A stretch of 64,000 nt of DNA from Zygnema circumcarinatum SAG 698-1b. Lineage: Eukaryota; Plantae; Zygnematophyceae. Location: positions 2,390,880 to 2,454,879 of the forward strand of contig CM074810.1 of assembly GCA_037447605.1 (NCBI GenBank). The letters are read 5' to 3'. The notes under the pieces are model-generated. The model was not told the DNA's origin. It saw nothing but the letters and a program-made list of their open reading frames with translations, and searched no databases. The translations under genes were made by a program, and so were the position numbers. Below, piece after piece: positions 20,300 to 34,000 of this stretch (positions are counted from its first letter, which is position 1; every line of letters begins with the position of its first letter).

Positions 20300-20765
20300 G
20301 GAAGGGGAATTGTATAAGAAAAAAATCGACGTGTACTCATTTCGATTTTCCGCAACCACATTGCTCCAAAATCAGTACCGCGCTTTGTTTGTGGGAGTTT
20401 ATGTGGAATGTTTGAACGGATTTCTATGTGGTGCTTTAAAATCTCGAAAATGGCGAGGTTTGAAAACTCTAAATCAAAGGAAAACAGAGCTTGAGTAAAA
20501 AAAATATACCGTCACAAAAAGGTTTTTTATTACAAAAGACAGTCCAAAATATTGAACAAAGCCAACTCAGAAAGTTGGCTCAGGAATTCCAAGAATTCCA
20601 AGAAACGTACGCTGAAAATGGACACAAAAACTGCTGTGAGACGTAAAAATATTTCAATCATGTCAATCATTACTTAAAATCCATAATCCATTACAAACAA
20701 TTAACACCAATATATGAAGCAAACAAATAAAATGATTTCCATTGAGGTTATTTAAAAAAAAAAAA

Positions 20766-23653
20766 CTACTGCTTTTCCTCCGTCCCCACATCCCCTTTTG
20801 GCTGCAGGCGAGAATTGGCGTAACTGAGATAGGTGTTCCATAGAAGGCCCGCTCCGTTCACATAGAAAACGCGCCCGCTTGGGGGAACCAGCATGAAGTT
20901 CAGCACATTGGCAGCCGGCCAGAAGGCACACCTGCATAGCGGGAAGGGGGGAGGGAGGGAGAGAGAGAGAGTGAGAGAAGGGGGGAGGGAGGGAGATATA
21001 GAAGGGAAGAAGGGAACATACAGAAAGGGGAAGAGAGAGGAAGACATACAAGAAGGGGAAGAGAGACATACAAAGAAGGGAAGAGAGAGGAAGTAGAAAA
21101 GGAAAATGAGAGGAGAGAGTAGGCTCAGGAAGGGGAGAGAAAGAGGGTCAAAGGGAAGGAAAATGTAGAAGTGAGGGTAGGCTCAGGCTCAGAGAGTGAG
21201 GGGCAGGGGAGAAGAAGGAGGAGGAGAAGGAGGAGGAGGAGGAGGTGGAGGGAAGCGGAGGGAGGAGAATGCGACAAGGACGAGGAGAAGGAGAAGGAGG
21301 AGGAGAAGGAGGAGACGGAGGAGGAGGAGGAGAAGGAGGAGGCGAGGAGGAGGAGGAGAAGGAGAAGGACGAGGAGGAGAAGGAGAAGGAGGATGAGGAG
21401 GAGACGGACGAGGAGGAGAAGGAGAAGGAGGATGAGGAGGAGACGGACGAGGAGGAGAAGGAGAAGAACGAGGAGAAGGAGAAGAAGGAGGAGGACGAGA
21501 AGGAGAAGGAGGAGGAGGAGAAGGAGGAGGAGGAGAAGGAGAAGACGGAAAAGGAGGAGAAGGAGAAGGAGGAGGAGGAGGAGACGGAGGAGGAGGAGAA
21601 GGAGAAGGACGAGAAGGAGGAGACGGACAAGGAGGAGGAGGAGGAGGAGGAGGAAGAGGAGGAGGAGGAGAAGGAGAAGGACGAGGAGGAGAAGGAGAAG
21701 GAGGAGGAGGAGGAGAAGGAGGAGGAGGAGGAGGAGGAGGAGGAGGAGGAGAAGGAGACGGACGAGGAGGAGGAGACGGAGGAGGAGGAGAGAGAAGGAG
21801 GAGGAGGAGGAGACGGAGGAGGAGGAGGAGGAGGAGGGTGGAGGCGTGGGAGGAGGAGAAGGATGAGGAGGAAGGAGAAGGAGGAGGAGGAGGAGGACGA
21901 AGAGGAGGAGAAGGAGAAGGACGAGGAAGGAGAAGGAGAAGGAGGAGGGGAGGAGAGACACGGGAGAGGAGAAGGAGAAGGACGAGGAGGAAAGGAGAAG
22001 GAGGAGGAGGAGAGGAGGAGGTGGAGGAGGGAGGAGGGAGGAGGAGGAAGAGAGGAGGAGGAGGAGGAGAGACCCGGAGGGAGGAAGGAAGGAGAGAGAA
22101 GAAGAGGAGGAGGAGGAGGAGACGGAGGAGGAGACGGAGCAGGAGGAGGAGAAGGAGACGGAAGAGGAGGAGAAGGAGGAGGAGGAGGAGGAGGAGGAGG
22201 AGGAAAAGGAGGAGGAGAAGGAGGCGGAGGAGGAGGAGGAGGAGAAGGTGACGGAGGAGGAGAAAAAGGAGACGGAGGAGGAAAAGGAGGGAAGGAGTGG
22301 GAGAGGGGGAGAGGGAGCGGACCCGTTCTTGAAGGTGCCCCAGAAGCCATCCCTGAGCTTCCCCAGCGCGCCCTGAGGCCCCCTTCCCTCGAGCAGGCCG
22401 AGGCCGAGGAGGAGGGAGGCGAGGTACAAAGGGAAGAGGGTCACCTGGATGGGAACCCTAAAAGGAGGACACGTGTCAGACGGACAGACGGTCGAGGATT
22501 AGGGTTTGGAAGGCCCCGGGGGGGGGGGTTAGGAACCCTAAAAGGAGGACACGTGTCAGACGGACGGACGGACGGACGGACGGACGGTCCAGGTTAGGGT
22601 TTGGAAGGTCCCGGGGGGGAGGTTAGAGTTTGAGGGTTTAGGGTTTTAGGGTTCAGGGCCAGCACCTGTCCTGCAAGCGCCTTTGCGACCGCCATGGGCA
22701 TCGACCTGGAGTGGTTTGCGAAATGCGGATTTCAAAATTAGGGCTTTACGGAAATGGAATTGGTAGACAGGCAGGGGCTTAGAAAATTATATCAGATAAT
22801 TAGGGTTTTAACATCCCCAGGGGTTTTAGTGCCCTAGGGTTTGACGACCCCTAGGGTTTTAGAGTCCCAGGGTTTTAGAGCCCCTAGGGTTTTAGAGCCC
22901 TAGGATTATAGAGCCCCGGAGTTTTAGACCCTCTAGGATTTTAGAGCCCTACGGTAATAGAGCCCCAGGGTTTTAGCGCCCTAGGGTTTTAGACCCCCTA
23001 GGCTTATAGAGCCCCAGAGTTTTAGCACCCTAGGGTTTTAGAGCCCCTAGGGTTCTAGAGGTTATAGAGCCCCAGGGTTTTAGCTCCCTAGGATGTTAGA
23101 GCCCTAGGGTTATAGAGCCCCAGGGTTTTAGCGCCCTTGGGTTTTAGACCCCCTTAGGGTTCTAGAGGTTAACGAGCCCCAGGGTTTTAGCGCCCTTGGG
23201 TTTTAGACCCTATTAGGGTTCTAGAGGTTAAAGAGCCCCAGGGTTTTAGCGCCCTTGGGTTTTAGACTCCCTTAGGGTTCTAGAAATTAAAGAGCCCCAG
23301 GGTTTTAGCGCCCTAGGGTTTCAGCCTCCCTCCCCGGGGGGGTTCAGGGTCCACCTGGAGGGCCCCATGGCGCGGTCGAGGTGGCGGAAGCCGTGGTAGA
23401 AGAACGGCCCGTGCAGCGTCAGCCCTAACACCGCGAACCGCGCCGTCCGGGAGGGGTCCCACCCGCTGCCACGTGGCGCGCTCTCACTGGCGCAGGACCC
23501 GGAGGACGCGACACGTGGCGCTTCAGGATTGGACGACATGAGCGCCTGACACGTGGCGTCACTCACGGCCATGACGACGCATGACGTCAGCCCGGCGCGA
23601 ACGTCGGGGCGGTGAAGGAAGGGCAGCTGGGAGGACGCCATGTGGCGCGCCAT
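20766..23653 (-). CDS. Mpv17/PMP22 family membrane protein, 4 exons
   Basis: SDATCQ..WDPSRTARFAVLGLTLHGPFFYHGFRHLD (exon 1); ..VAKALAGQ; VTLFPLYL..KLRDGFWGTFKNG; FWPAANVLNFMLVP..RVFYVN..LLWNTYLS. Confidence 0.92.
21200..22300. repeat. intronic polypurine triplet-based repeat (GAG/AAG/GGA variants)
   Basis: Directly visible; fills an Mpv17 intron. Confidence 0.95.
22820..23315. repeat. intronic satellite of ~16-17-bp AGAGCCCCTAGGGTTTT units with a 59-bp higher-order unit
   Basis: GAGCCCCAGGG recurs at 23115, 23174, 23233 and 23292. Confidence 0.85.
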
Positions 23654-24097
23654 GGAGAGGGGAGGGGCCGCACGTGTGAAGGACGGCGAGGGAGAGAGGG
23701 AGAGAGAGAGGGGGAGCCTTAAAACCCTAAAACCCCTAAAAAAAACCCTGGAAACCCTAAAGAACCCTACAACCCTAAAACCGTAAAGATACCCTAAAGT
23801 CCCTAGCAACCCTACAAACCTTTACCTTTACCCTTTAACCCTAACCGACAAAACGAGCTGCATCCAACGGCTGAGCCGTCACTTACTGTGCTCTAATCCA
23901 ACGGCTCCGATGGGCCCGCCCAACTGAGGGAGGCAGTCACATGGAACCTGTTGGCAGTTTACCGTTTCATAGGACGGGGCTCACGGGCGGTTCCACGTCC
24001 CATTTTCAGCGTTTCTGCAGTTCGCAGTTCAGTTGCTGCTGACGGACTTGCGCCTTGGGACGCCTCTGCCAGCTGGCGCCATCTGGTTGAAGCGGAC
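23654..24097. promoter_or_regulatory. compact bidirectional promoter (444 bp between ATGs)
   Basis: Several AAACCCTAA telo-box-like motifs at 23720-23790, TGGGCC site-II-like motif at 23911 and ATCCAACGGCT at 23862 and 23896. Confidence 0.6.
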
Positions 24098-27000
24098 ATG
24101 CGCCACGTGGCACGCCTGGCAAGCAGTGGTGAAGATTAGCCCGACCGATGCTTGCCACGTGTCAAATTAGGGTTCAGAATTTGGAGTTGAGAAGCCTCAA
24201 GGTTTAGTGTCTGGAATTCGAGATTTGCACAATATGATTTTTTCTGGTTTTTAGTTTATGGGTTTCAGAAGTTTTGGTTTTAAGGCCTTATTTTCAAGCT
24301 TCAGTTTCTTGAACATTAAATTTTCTTAAACAATTAAGCTTTTGGGATTAAGATTTTATTGGTTTCTCTCTAAATGCTTTTAAGCTCTTGAAGGGTTTTG
24401 AGCGCAATTCAGTTCGTGGGTTATTTAGGTCGCAGGGTTCAGGGCCCGCGTGGTGGAACTGACTCCATGTGTAACTTTCTGTAGTGCACAACGGCAAGCT
24501 GTTGGCGTTGACATCGCATGGAACTTCGCATTTGGGCGCACACACATTGAACGCCTCCTTTCAACTAATCGGTTCGTAATTCAACTTTCTGTCGCTCTAA
24601 TGTTAAGTTTTTAGCTTAAATCTTCATTTTTTTAGCCACACTTTCGTCGGTAAATTATAATTTGCGCTATTGTTTTTTAGTTTTCTTATTCTGTGCTACT
24701 CTCTAGCGTTGTTTCGTGATGCGTGTGACTACTCCCTCTCCCTCTTCCTCTTCCTCTCCCTCTCCCTCTTCCTCTCCCTCTCCCTCTCCCTCTCCCNNNN
24801 NNNNNNCCTCTCCCTCTCTCCCTCTCCCTCTCCCTCTCCCTCTCTCCCTCTCCCTCTCCCTCTCCCTCTCCAGTTGATTATTGCTGCATTCTGCAGGCAT
24901 TGTAAAGAAGCTCCCCACAGTTCCCTGCATTCGTCGCCGTTCCGTTGCAACGCTCTCCGTTCCCCCCAACAGCACAGAAATGGAAGACGTTGGTGAGATC
25001 GCACCGGGGGTCACAAGAGTAGGGTGAGTTCTGCTTCATTTTAAAAATGGCCTTTAAATCATCGATGCATTCTCTCAGAAGCCATTCAAAAGTCCTATTT
25101 TTTTGCCGTCCTTTCACATTCCTTAGTTAGTCGCAAACTTCTATCTGCGCATTGATGCAGCCAGCAAGTGCTGGAAACAAAAAAAACAAAAACTGAACTA
25201 GAAACCAACAACTGAAAACCTGAAACCAAATGCAAACTAAGGACGAAACTTGAAAACTTTCAAAAGCCAAACGTTTTCAATACCTTATAAGTGTAGAGTG
25301 CCTTGAACTCTCATTTTTAGGGTTTCCGAAGATTCTGAGAATTTTTACCCTGAATATTTAGGGTTTGTTCCATGTATGTTCTGTCTGCATGGGATGGAGA
25401 GCAGGTGGATTGGAACTGGAGTGATGGGCGTTTCTATGTGTGGTCATATTCAGTCAGCCGGCTACTCTGTCACTGTATATAACCGGACCCCCAGGTATGT
25501 ATGCATGCACGCATGTATGTATGTATGTATGTATGTATGCATGCATCCATCCGTACACCCCTACATCCGTACGCTACATACTTTTTAAGCATCTTAACTG
25601 CAGAGCTACATCACTGGCAACACAGCAAATCACTTTCAGGCATTCTCGTGGGAATGGTACATCACAGTCTTACTTTCAAAAGTTAAGTTTGAATCTCCTT
25701 CTTTTCTTGTCTTTCTCGTACCGTTTTCCAGCAAAGCGGACCCTTTGAAAGAAAAAGGCGCAGTCGTGGTCGAGTCGCCGGAGGCCGTGGCACGTGCGAG
25801 CGACGTCGTTTTTACAATTGTCGGGTAATCTGAAATTATATATACACATTTTTTGTTTTTTTTGCAAAATTTTCAGAAAGGGGGTGGGATATCCAAAACG
25901 GGGGTGCAGTATCATTCTCTCATATGTATATATATATATATATATATATGTATATGTATATGTATGTAGATTAAGGAGGAGGCCTAATGATGATCTGCTC
26001 TTGTTTGTTGAAGAAGAGGAAGATGTTTGTATATAGGAAGAGCGAGGAAGAGGAGGGAAGGGGGCAGGGAGTAAGAGCGAGAGAGGGAGAGAGTGTGAAG
26101 GAGAGAGGAGAGAGAGTGGGAGAGAGAGTGGGAGAGAGAGAGAGAGGACGAGAGAGAGAGAGAGAAAAAGGATGGATGATCGGAGGGAGAGGGGTAGAAA
26201 GAGTGTGAGGGAGAATGAGGGATTGTTGGCGAGAGAGGGCGAATGAGAGAGAGAAGAAGAGAGAGGGAGAGAGAGGGAGAGAGTGGGAGAGAGTGGGAGA
26301 GAGTGAGAGAGAGAAATCATGAGCAGTTCAGGCTGAGCCTTTTTTGCAGGTATCCTTCAGATGTGAGAAGTGTCATTTTGGGAGAAAACGGAGTTCTGAA
26401 GGGACTCCGAAAAGGGGGCATTGTGAGTATTATTCAAATTTGAAAATCTGAATCTATATATGGATATACTATTTTTTTTTAACATCGAATACCATGTTTC
26501 TTTAGCTTTTTTTTTCAGTCTAGTTCTTAAAAAACCCAGCAAAAAAAAATTCTCCTTTCTCCTTTCCCTCCTTCATACGTTTCTCCTCTCCCACCTTCAA
26601 TTTTTTTTCTTTTGCTTTTTTGAATGAAACCGAGAATTTTTTTATTTTTGACAGATCGTGGATATGACCACGAGCCAACCATCTCTCGCGCGGGAGATCG
26701 CTGAAGCCGCCGCGAGCCAGTAAGATTGCGCCACGTGGCACCTGCCACCTGGCACCCACACACCTAAGCCAACCTCTGAACCCAACTTTCCAGTGCCACG
26801 TGGCGCATTGTGACTGGCTCCCAGAGTGAATTATCCTGACCAAATTGCAGACCCTTTAAACAAGAACGAACTCCCTTCCAAAACCCCACCACCTTTATCC
26901 CAATCCTCAACCCTAAAACCAACCCCATTCCTACCCCAACCTCCAACCCCAACCCTAACCCTAACCTTAACCTTAACCCTAACCCTAACCCTAACCCTAA

Positions 27001-27985
27001 CCCTAGCCTTAATCCTAATCCTGACCCTAACCCTAATCCAAACGTAACCGTTACCCTAACACTAACCCTAACCCTAATCCTAACCCTAATCCTAATCCTA
27101 ATCGTAACCCTAACCCTAACCCTAACCCTAACCCTAACCCTAACCCTAACCCTAACACTAATCCTAACCCTAACCCTGACCCTAACCCTAACCCTAACCT
27201 GAACCCTAACCCTAACCCTAACCCTAACCCTAACCCTAACCCTAACCCTAACCCTACCTTCAACCCCAACTCCCAACCATCCCCCAACCCTAAAACCAAC
27301 CCTAATCCCACCCCCCAACCTACCCCCAACCATGTCCCCCACAACCCTACGCTCACCCCTGAACCCTACCCTACCCTCACCCCTAACCCGTCCACGTGGC
27401 GCGCTGTGATTCACCCTGAACCCTCCCCGCACCCCTAACCCGTCCACGTGGCGCGCTGTGATTGGCCCTGAACCCTCCCCGCACCCCTAACCCGTCCAAG
27501 TGGCGCGCTGTGATTGGCCCTGAACCCTACCCTGACCCCTAACCCGTCCACGTGGCGCGCTGTGATTCGCCCTGAACCCTACCCTCACCCCTAACCCGTC
27601 CACGTGGCGCGCTGTGATTCGCCCTGAACCCTACCCTCACCCCTAACCCGTCCACGTGGCGCGCTGTGATTCGCCCTGAACCCTACCCTCACCCCTAACC
27701 CGTCCACGTGGCGCGCTGTGATTCGCCCTGAACCATACCCTCACCCCTAACCCGTCCACGTGGCGCGCTGTGATTCGCCCTGAACCCTCCCAGGGGGTGC
27801 CACGCGGTGGACGCGCCCGTATCCGGCGGCGACAGCGGCGCACGTGCGGCCTCGCTCGCCATAATGGCGGGGGGCGGCGAGGGGGCCGTGCGCCACGTGG
27901 CGCCGCTGCTGGCCTGCCTGGGACGCGCCACGTGGATGGGGCCGCCCGGGGCGGGGCAGAGCTGCAAGATGGCTAACCAGGTGAC

Positions 27986-28048
<63 letters not shown>

Positions 28049-28574
28049 TCTCTCTTTCCTTTCTATCTTGGTCGCGCTTTCTCTATCTGTGCATCTCTCT
28101 ATGGACTTCTTTGGAGGCTGCCTCTTCAGGCTTTCCTCTCGCCGGTTGCCTTTCTGCCCCCCTCCCTCCCTCCCTCCTCCCTCCCTCCCTCCCTCCCTCC
28201 CTCCCTCCTTCCCTCCCTCCTCCCTCCCTCCCTCCTCCCTCCCTCCCTCCCTCCCTCCCTCCCTCCCTCTAGTCCTCCTCCCTCCCTCCCTCCCTCCCTC
28301 CTCCCTCCTCCACCCCCTTTTTTTCCTTCTCATTATTTTTGCCCTCTCTTTTCCCCATTTCCTCTCTTTGCCCTCTTCTTTTCATGATCTTTTCCTTAAA
28401 CGAAGCATTCTCTTTTGGCAGGTGACCATAGCGAGCACCATGGTGGGCCTAGTCGAGGGCATGCTTTACGCGCACAAGGCGGGGCTTGACGTCCCTCTGT
28501 GAGCTGTGCCCTTACCGGCTGAAGAAAAGAGTTCGAACTGAAATCTAGAATGTTAGGGAGACAAATGAAGGTGC

Positions 28575-28632
<58 letters not shown>

Positions 28633-29330
28633 AGAAGAGGGAGAGCGCTGCAAGCGTCAGAATCTCATATTAAGCATAGCACTGAAGAACTTCAAAACTA
28701 AGACAAATTTTGAATCCCCCTTCCCCCTCCCCCTCCCTCTCCCTCTCCCTTTTTTTGTCGTTTTGTAGATATTTGCAGGCTATCTCAGGAGGGGCAGCCG
28801 GTTCGAAATCTCTCGAACTCTATGCCCAGCGCCTTCTTAAGCGAGACTTCCAACCCGGTCAGCTCAAAAAAAAAAAAAAAAAAAACCCCCACTTCCATCA
28901 ATTGAGGTTTCATGAAAAAAAGAAAAACCTGTTCTTATATTATATTGTATTTTTTCTTCTTATATTAAAGCTGTTCCCTTTGTTTGCAGGGTTTTATGTG
29001 AACCATTTCGTGAAGGATTTAGGTATCGCTTTGGAAGAATGTCGGAACATGAATCTCGCCCTCCCCGGGCTCGCTTTGGTAAGCAGCTCCAAGTTCTATG
29101 TGTTCACGGAACAAACCCTAAAAGTTTGACTGATAACTGATTCCGAAACCGTTTAACGGAAAGCTGACCTCCGTTTTGAGGGAGTTCTATGTGACGCTGT
29201 GCAGGCCCAACAGTTGTACGTGTCCTTGAAAGCACATGGAGAAGGGCACCTTGGAACGCAATCTCTCCTTTTGGCCCTCGAGAGGATGAACAGCACTTCC
29301 TTGACGGAGCCGCCGACTGAGGCCAGTTAA
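24098..29330 (+). CDS. 3-hydroxyisobutyrate dehydrogenase-like (NAD-binding 6PGD family) with probable mitochondrial presequence
   Basis: Exons give [25 protein letters not shown], then [95 protein letters not shown] and LALERMN; TAA at 29328-29330. Confidence 0.94.
26947..27255. repeat. intronic interstitial telomere-like tract, degenerate (CCCTAA)n
   Basis: Directly visible. Confidence 0.92.
27372..27793 (+). repeat. 52-bp minisatellite x8 ending at the intron 3' splice site
   Basis: CCACGTGG (one copy CCAAGTGG) recurs at 27392, 27444, 27496, 27548, 27600, 27652, 27704 and 27756. Confidence 0.95.
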
Positions 29331-30050
29331 ACGGAACGGATTCTGCATATTTTGCGAGCATGGAACTTGTTCCGTTTGTTGAAGTCGAAGATTTGAAAGT
29401 GGGAGGGGGTGGGGGTGAGGGGAGGAGAGAGAGAGAGGGGGGAGAGGGGAGAGGGGAGAGGGGAGAGGGGAGAGGGGANNNNNNNNNNGAGAGGGGAGAG
29501 GGGAGAGGGGAGAGAGGAGATGAGGGAGAGAGAGAGGGGATGGGGAGAGGGAGAGGGGAGTGTAGGAGAGAGGGGGAGAGGGGAGGAGAAGGAGAAGGAG
29601 AGGGAGGGAGGGGAGGGACTGGCTCAGAACGATTTATAGCTCGTGCTTGTACTTATTGTTAAGATGTAACACTAAGGTGTAACTGTTTTCCATGTCCACA
29701 GTTCAGTTTCAACTGGCAGTTCGTTATTTTTTTTTGTATTGCACTCATGGAACTGGACTTCTTTGCGAAATGCAATTGTGGTCAACGCCAGTTAACGCTT
29801 TTGGAATTTTTCATCTTTTGGAGCTACGTATGGTTTTGGATTCGCATGGCACTTGGGGGCTTCTCAGCTCTCGACTTTCCAAATCATGAAATCCGAATTT
29901 GCGTGATATTCATTCCTACGGCTTAATACGGCGCCGAGACAGAATCCGTACCGGGCAATTTCAGATTTCAGAAGGGGAAGCGAAAGTCTGAAATTCCTCT
30001 GGATGTCCTTGGAGCATGAATCGTATCCTTGTCACAGTTTAGCGTTAAAC

Positions 30051-30061
30051 AGATCCAACGG
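30051..30061 (+). promoter_or_regulatory. MSA-like element (AGATCCAACGG) upstream of shugoshin; second CAACGG near 30270
   Basis: Match to the AACGG core bound by MYB3R factors, upstream of a mitotic gene. The motif is short. Confidence 0.3.
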
Positions 30062-31076
30062 CGTCTGTTCTGCTCCCGTTCAACAAGGACACTAATGAAC
30101 TGTGACCATTCACATGCTTGAAATTTTTAATGGAAATTTGGTTTGTCGTCTTTTCCGATCTTAAGAAAATCGATCGACACAAAAGTTTGTGTCTGCCCGC
30201 TTCGACCGGCGAGTATAGTTTTCGGAGACGGGCAGGCCTTTAGAAACTTTTCATCCTGCCCGGATTCACCAACGGTAACCTTGCCGCGCGTGGTGAATTT
30301 TCTTAAGAAGATTTTTACGAGTCGGTAAACGAATCAGACTTTGCCACGTGTATAAATTGCACTTTTTGCAATTTCAAGAGTATTAACAAACCTGGTTCAC
30401 GCTGGCTAAAAAAAAACGTTTTTTTGTAGGGCTTGTTTGATTTTGGTTTTTGGTTTGAAGCTTTTTTGGAGGGAGTCTTGGAAGAGGAAAAACTTGGAGA
30501 GCCGCCGCTTGCAGGAGGGAGCCGTGACGGAGAGAGAGGGAGAGGGAGAGGGAGAGAGAGGGAGAGGGACAGGGAGAGGGAGAGGGAGAGGGAGAGGGAA
30601 AGCGCAGGGAAGAGAGAAATGGAGGGAGGAAGAGAGAGGAGAGTAGAGAAGGAGAGAAGTAAGCGCAAGGAAGAGGTAGAGGGAGAGCGAGAGTGAGAGA
30701 GAGATAGAGAGAGAGGAGGAGAGCAGGTGATAAATTTGCGCAAGAAAGAGGGAGAGGGAGAGGGAGAAAGTGAGGAGAGGGAGTGGGAGAGAGAGAGAGG
30801 GAGAGAGGAGAGACTAGTAAGTGCACGGGAGAGGGAAGGGAAGACGGAGGAGGAGGTGGAGAGGATTGGAAGTAGCGAGAGGAAGAGTCACAGCTGTTAA
30901 AGAGGTAAGGAGAGAGAGAGGGGGGGAGAAAGAGAAAGAGAAAGAGAGCAAGAGTTAGTTTCAACTGGCGGTTCCTTAATGCTGGTTTTGCTGCCGCCAT
31001 CAGCCTCTTGCAACAGCCTGCAAAACGTGCATGCATAGACATCCCTGAGTAAACCTTTCGCAAGTTCCCGAGAAAT

Positions 31077-34000
31077 ATGACGCCGCCTCGCAGTGTTTCT
31101 CGCTTCAAGTTGAGCCGAAGGCCGCTTGAAAACATTTCCAATCTGAGTTTGCCGGGAAAGGAGGGAGACTCTTCTGCGTTCAACCAGCGCATGCTTACTC
31201 AAGTACATGCCCGAACGTGTTTTTAGATGTTTTTTCAATTTGTTAGTCATTTTTTGCTGTTCTTTCGCTATATCCTGAAATGTTTTTCAGGTATTTTGAT
31301 TTCGCTTGAGCTGTAATAGTTTTCTTCGTCCAAAGGCTTCGTTCTTCGTTGAATCTCTGGCTTTCTCAATATATTCAATCTTGCATTCTCTGCTTCCTTT
31401 GATACTGCAGGGTTTGACTTTTTTGTTCCAAACTGAACCTAAGCTGAAAGAGCTCACAAGGGAGGTTTGTTCATGTGATGACGCAGGAAGTTTACCTTCT
31501 TCGCAAACTGTTGGCAGAGAAAGAGTATCCTTCAAACCTGAACACCATTACAAGAAAAAACATAAAATATATGCAGAAACGTACAGTGGACTGTCGGAAA
31601 TTAGTCCTCCAGCCCCTTCCGGTTGACATTTTTTTCTTCCATTTTGCCACATATTTGCAGTTATTTGCCCTATTCTTTTCTTCTTCGTTTTGTTCCAAGC
31701 AGAAATATTTGAAATAACTCTTTTTTACCTGGAGGGCATTTTTTAGGCAGTTGGTGGAGATTCAGGAGAAGCAGATGGCGCATCTGCAGTCCACCCTGAT
31801 CGCCACAACCCGTCGGAGCGCAGCAGTGAACCACGAAGTCATTGGAATCAACCGGAAGCTTCAGCAGGTCGAATATGAGAGGGAGAGAGAGAGAGAGAGA
31901 GGAGGGAGGGGGGTAGGGGGAGAGAGAGAGAAAGGGAGGGAGAGAGAGGAGGGGAGGAGCGCCTGAAGGATGGAGCTAAGAGAATGTGAAGAGTATGTGA
32001 ATGTCTGTTTGAAAGGGGGAGTGTGCGTGAGCGAGAGTGATAAAGATCAGGGATATTTTTGAACTACTCCATTTGCCTGCTGGTTTCATCACGAATCTGG
32101 AGATGATTTTCTCTATATTTCTTTCTTCTTTTTTAATGCAGGAGCTATCTCACGCCCAAGAACAGGTGAATATATTTTCAAGTCGAACCTTTTATCCAAC
32201 TTTTTAAGTCTAAACTTCTGAGAAGTCCTGCGCATCCTTTTTCTTTTCGTTGTTGATTTCTGGTTGCTTATTCTTTTTGTAATTTCCTCAGGACGGTACA
32301 GCTGGAGCATTCTGTTGTACCAAGCTTTGGTTTCGAAAGTTTCATTGAAACAGAGAAGACGTTTTCTAATGAAATGATATGCTCTAATAGCGACAATGGT
32401 TTCCGATCAGCATTTTATTCATGGTGTTTTTTTTTTCCCGTCGAATCTGACATGAATAAACTAAACTAAACTAAATTTTTCTTTGGAGCCTTTTCCCAGA
32501 GACGACTTCTTAAACATGATCTCCAGCAACGCAATTACGCTTTTTTCGCTCTACAGAAGGAGTTCCAGGTACAAGAGAGGAGGCAAAGATTGCAAACTTT
32601 TGTGCTGGTCGACAGAGATTTTGGTTTTTCATTGTATGGTTTGTGCGTGGTTTTCTGGTTTCATGGTTTTTTGTTTTCGATGTTTTTATGTTTTCGTCTG
32701 AGTTTCTCAATTTCAGCAAAGGTTTTCTTAGTTCTGTTGAAGCAACTGAAAGGGAAAAAGCTGGAAAATTGTTTGACACTTTGGGGTAAAAGGCTACTGT
32801 AGGGTCACTTTTTTGCTCTCTCCCCCGTCCCCTCTTCCCTTCCCGGTCCCTCCCTCCTCCCGCTGATCTCATTTTTTCCATCTTATCTGTCGTAGGCTGA
32901 AAACATGAAGGTCAAGAAGGAGAACCAAGATTTGACGACAGCGATGCTCCACATGAAAGTGGGTACCGGAATCCCCTCTCGTGCTTTCTTACTTAATTAT
33001 CTTTCATACCAGTGCTTCCAGCCACAAAATTTGCATGTATGCTCATTCTGCCGAATTATAGCCTTTTCGATTTGCCTGCAGGCTAGTGCGCAACGTCATA
33101 ACGAGATTTTTTTTGGCGAGCAGAGCTCTTCCACGCTGTTAAGTAACGGTTTGACGGAGAAAATTGGCGAAGCCGCTTTCGTGCAAATGGAGACAGGAAA
33201 GGTGGCAACAACAGGTAAGTTTATGAGATTTGAATCTTTATGGCATGCAGACGTTAAATCTCATTAACCTCTACTTTCTCGTATGCTGTAATGGAATGTT
33301 TGTCAATTGATATTTATAGCAGCCTAAGTACTGGACGTCTCTTTGAGTCCTTGCACTGCAGGAGAGAGTGGAGTGGATGATATGGGCGAATCAATTTTGA
33401 GGCAGCGGAGCACGAGCATTGGCGCGACTGCGGTAGCAAGGTCAGTGGAATTATTCTCTACTCAAGCACAAAGTTATGGTGGATTGCATTGTTTATGTGA
33501 TGTGATGTGAATGACCGTCATTTATCATCCTGGTGTCATCGCCCGACTAATCACCGTCACCATTGGCATTATTGCCATCAGTATGATTATTATCATTATC
33601 CCTGCTCATACGTATCATGAGAAATGCAGCATTATGACCATTGCACTTTGTTTTAGAAGAATCAAGAATGCCTTCTTGTTGCCAGCCAACATGTATGCTC
33701 CTCACGAGGTTTCAAGAAACAAAGTTCAGCAGTGACAACGATAATAGTGAAACAATTCCTTCATTCCAGCGAGAGATTCATTCTGCTTAATCGTACTGAT
33801 TAGCGTCATGATGTTGGGGGGTTATGTAGCTCAAACTACAACATACAACGTCCGATGAAACCAAAAACGTCAAAATCCGCACGCCCAACCCTGCCAGTGC
33901 TTCTTGAAGAATCTGAGGGTGAAGCATCAAGTGAGAGTGAAGCAGAAGTATCGTCCACAGAAGGCAGAAAACTGAAGAAGGAAAAAGAGCCAAAGAGAAG

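Noticed and set aside
21125-22597. 400-450-aa acidic, Arg-rich or Leu-rich ORFs
   Set aside because: They arise from a purine triplet repeat in an Mpv17 intron that is open in almost every frame; only the short Mpv17 exon is real.
27372-27793. CRISPR-like array
   Set aside because: Contiguous 52-bp units with no unique spacers, in a eukaryotic intron, with no cas genes.
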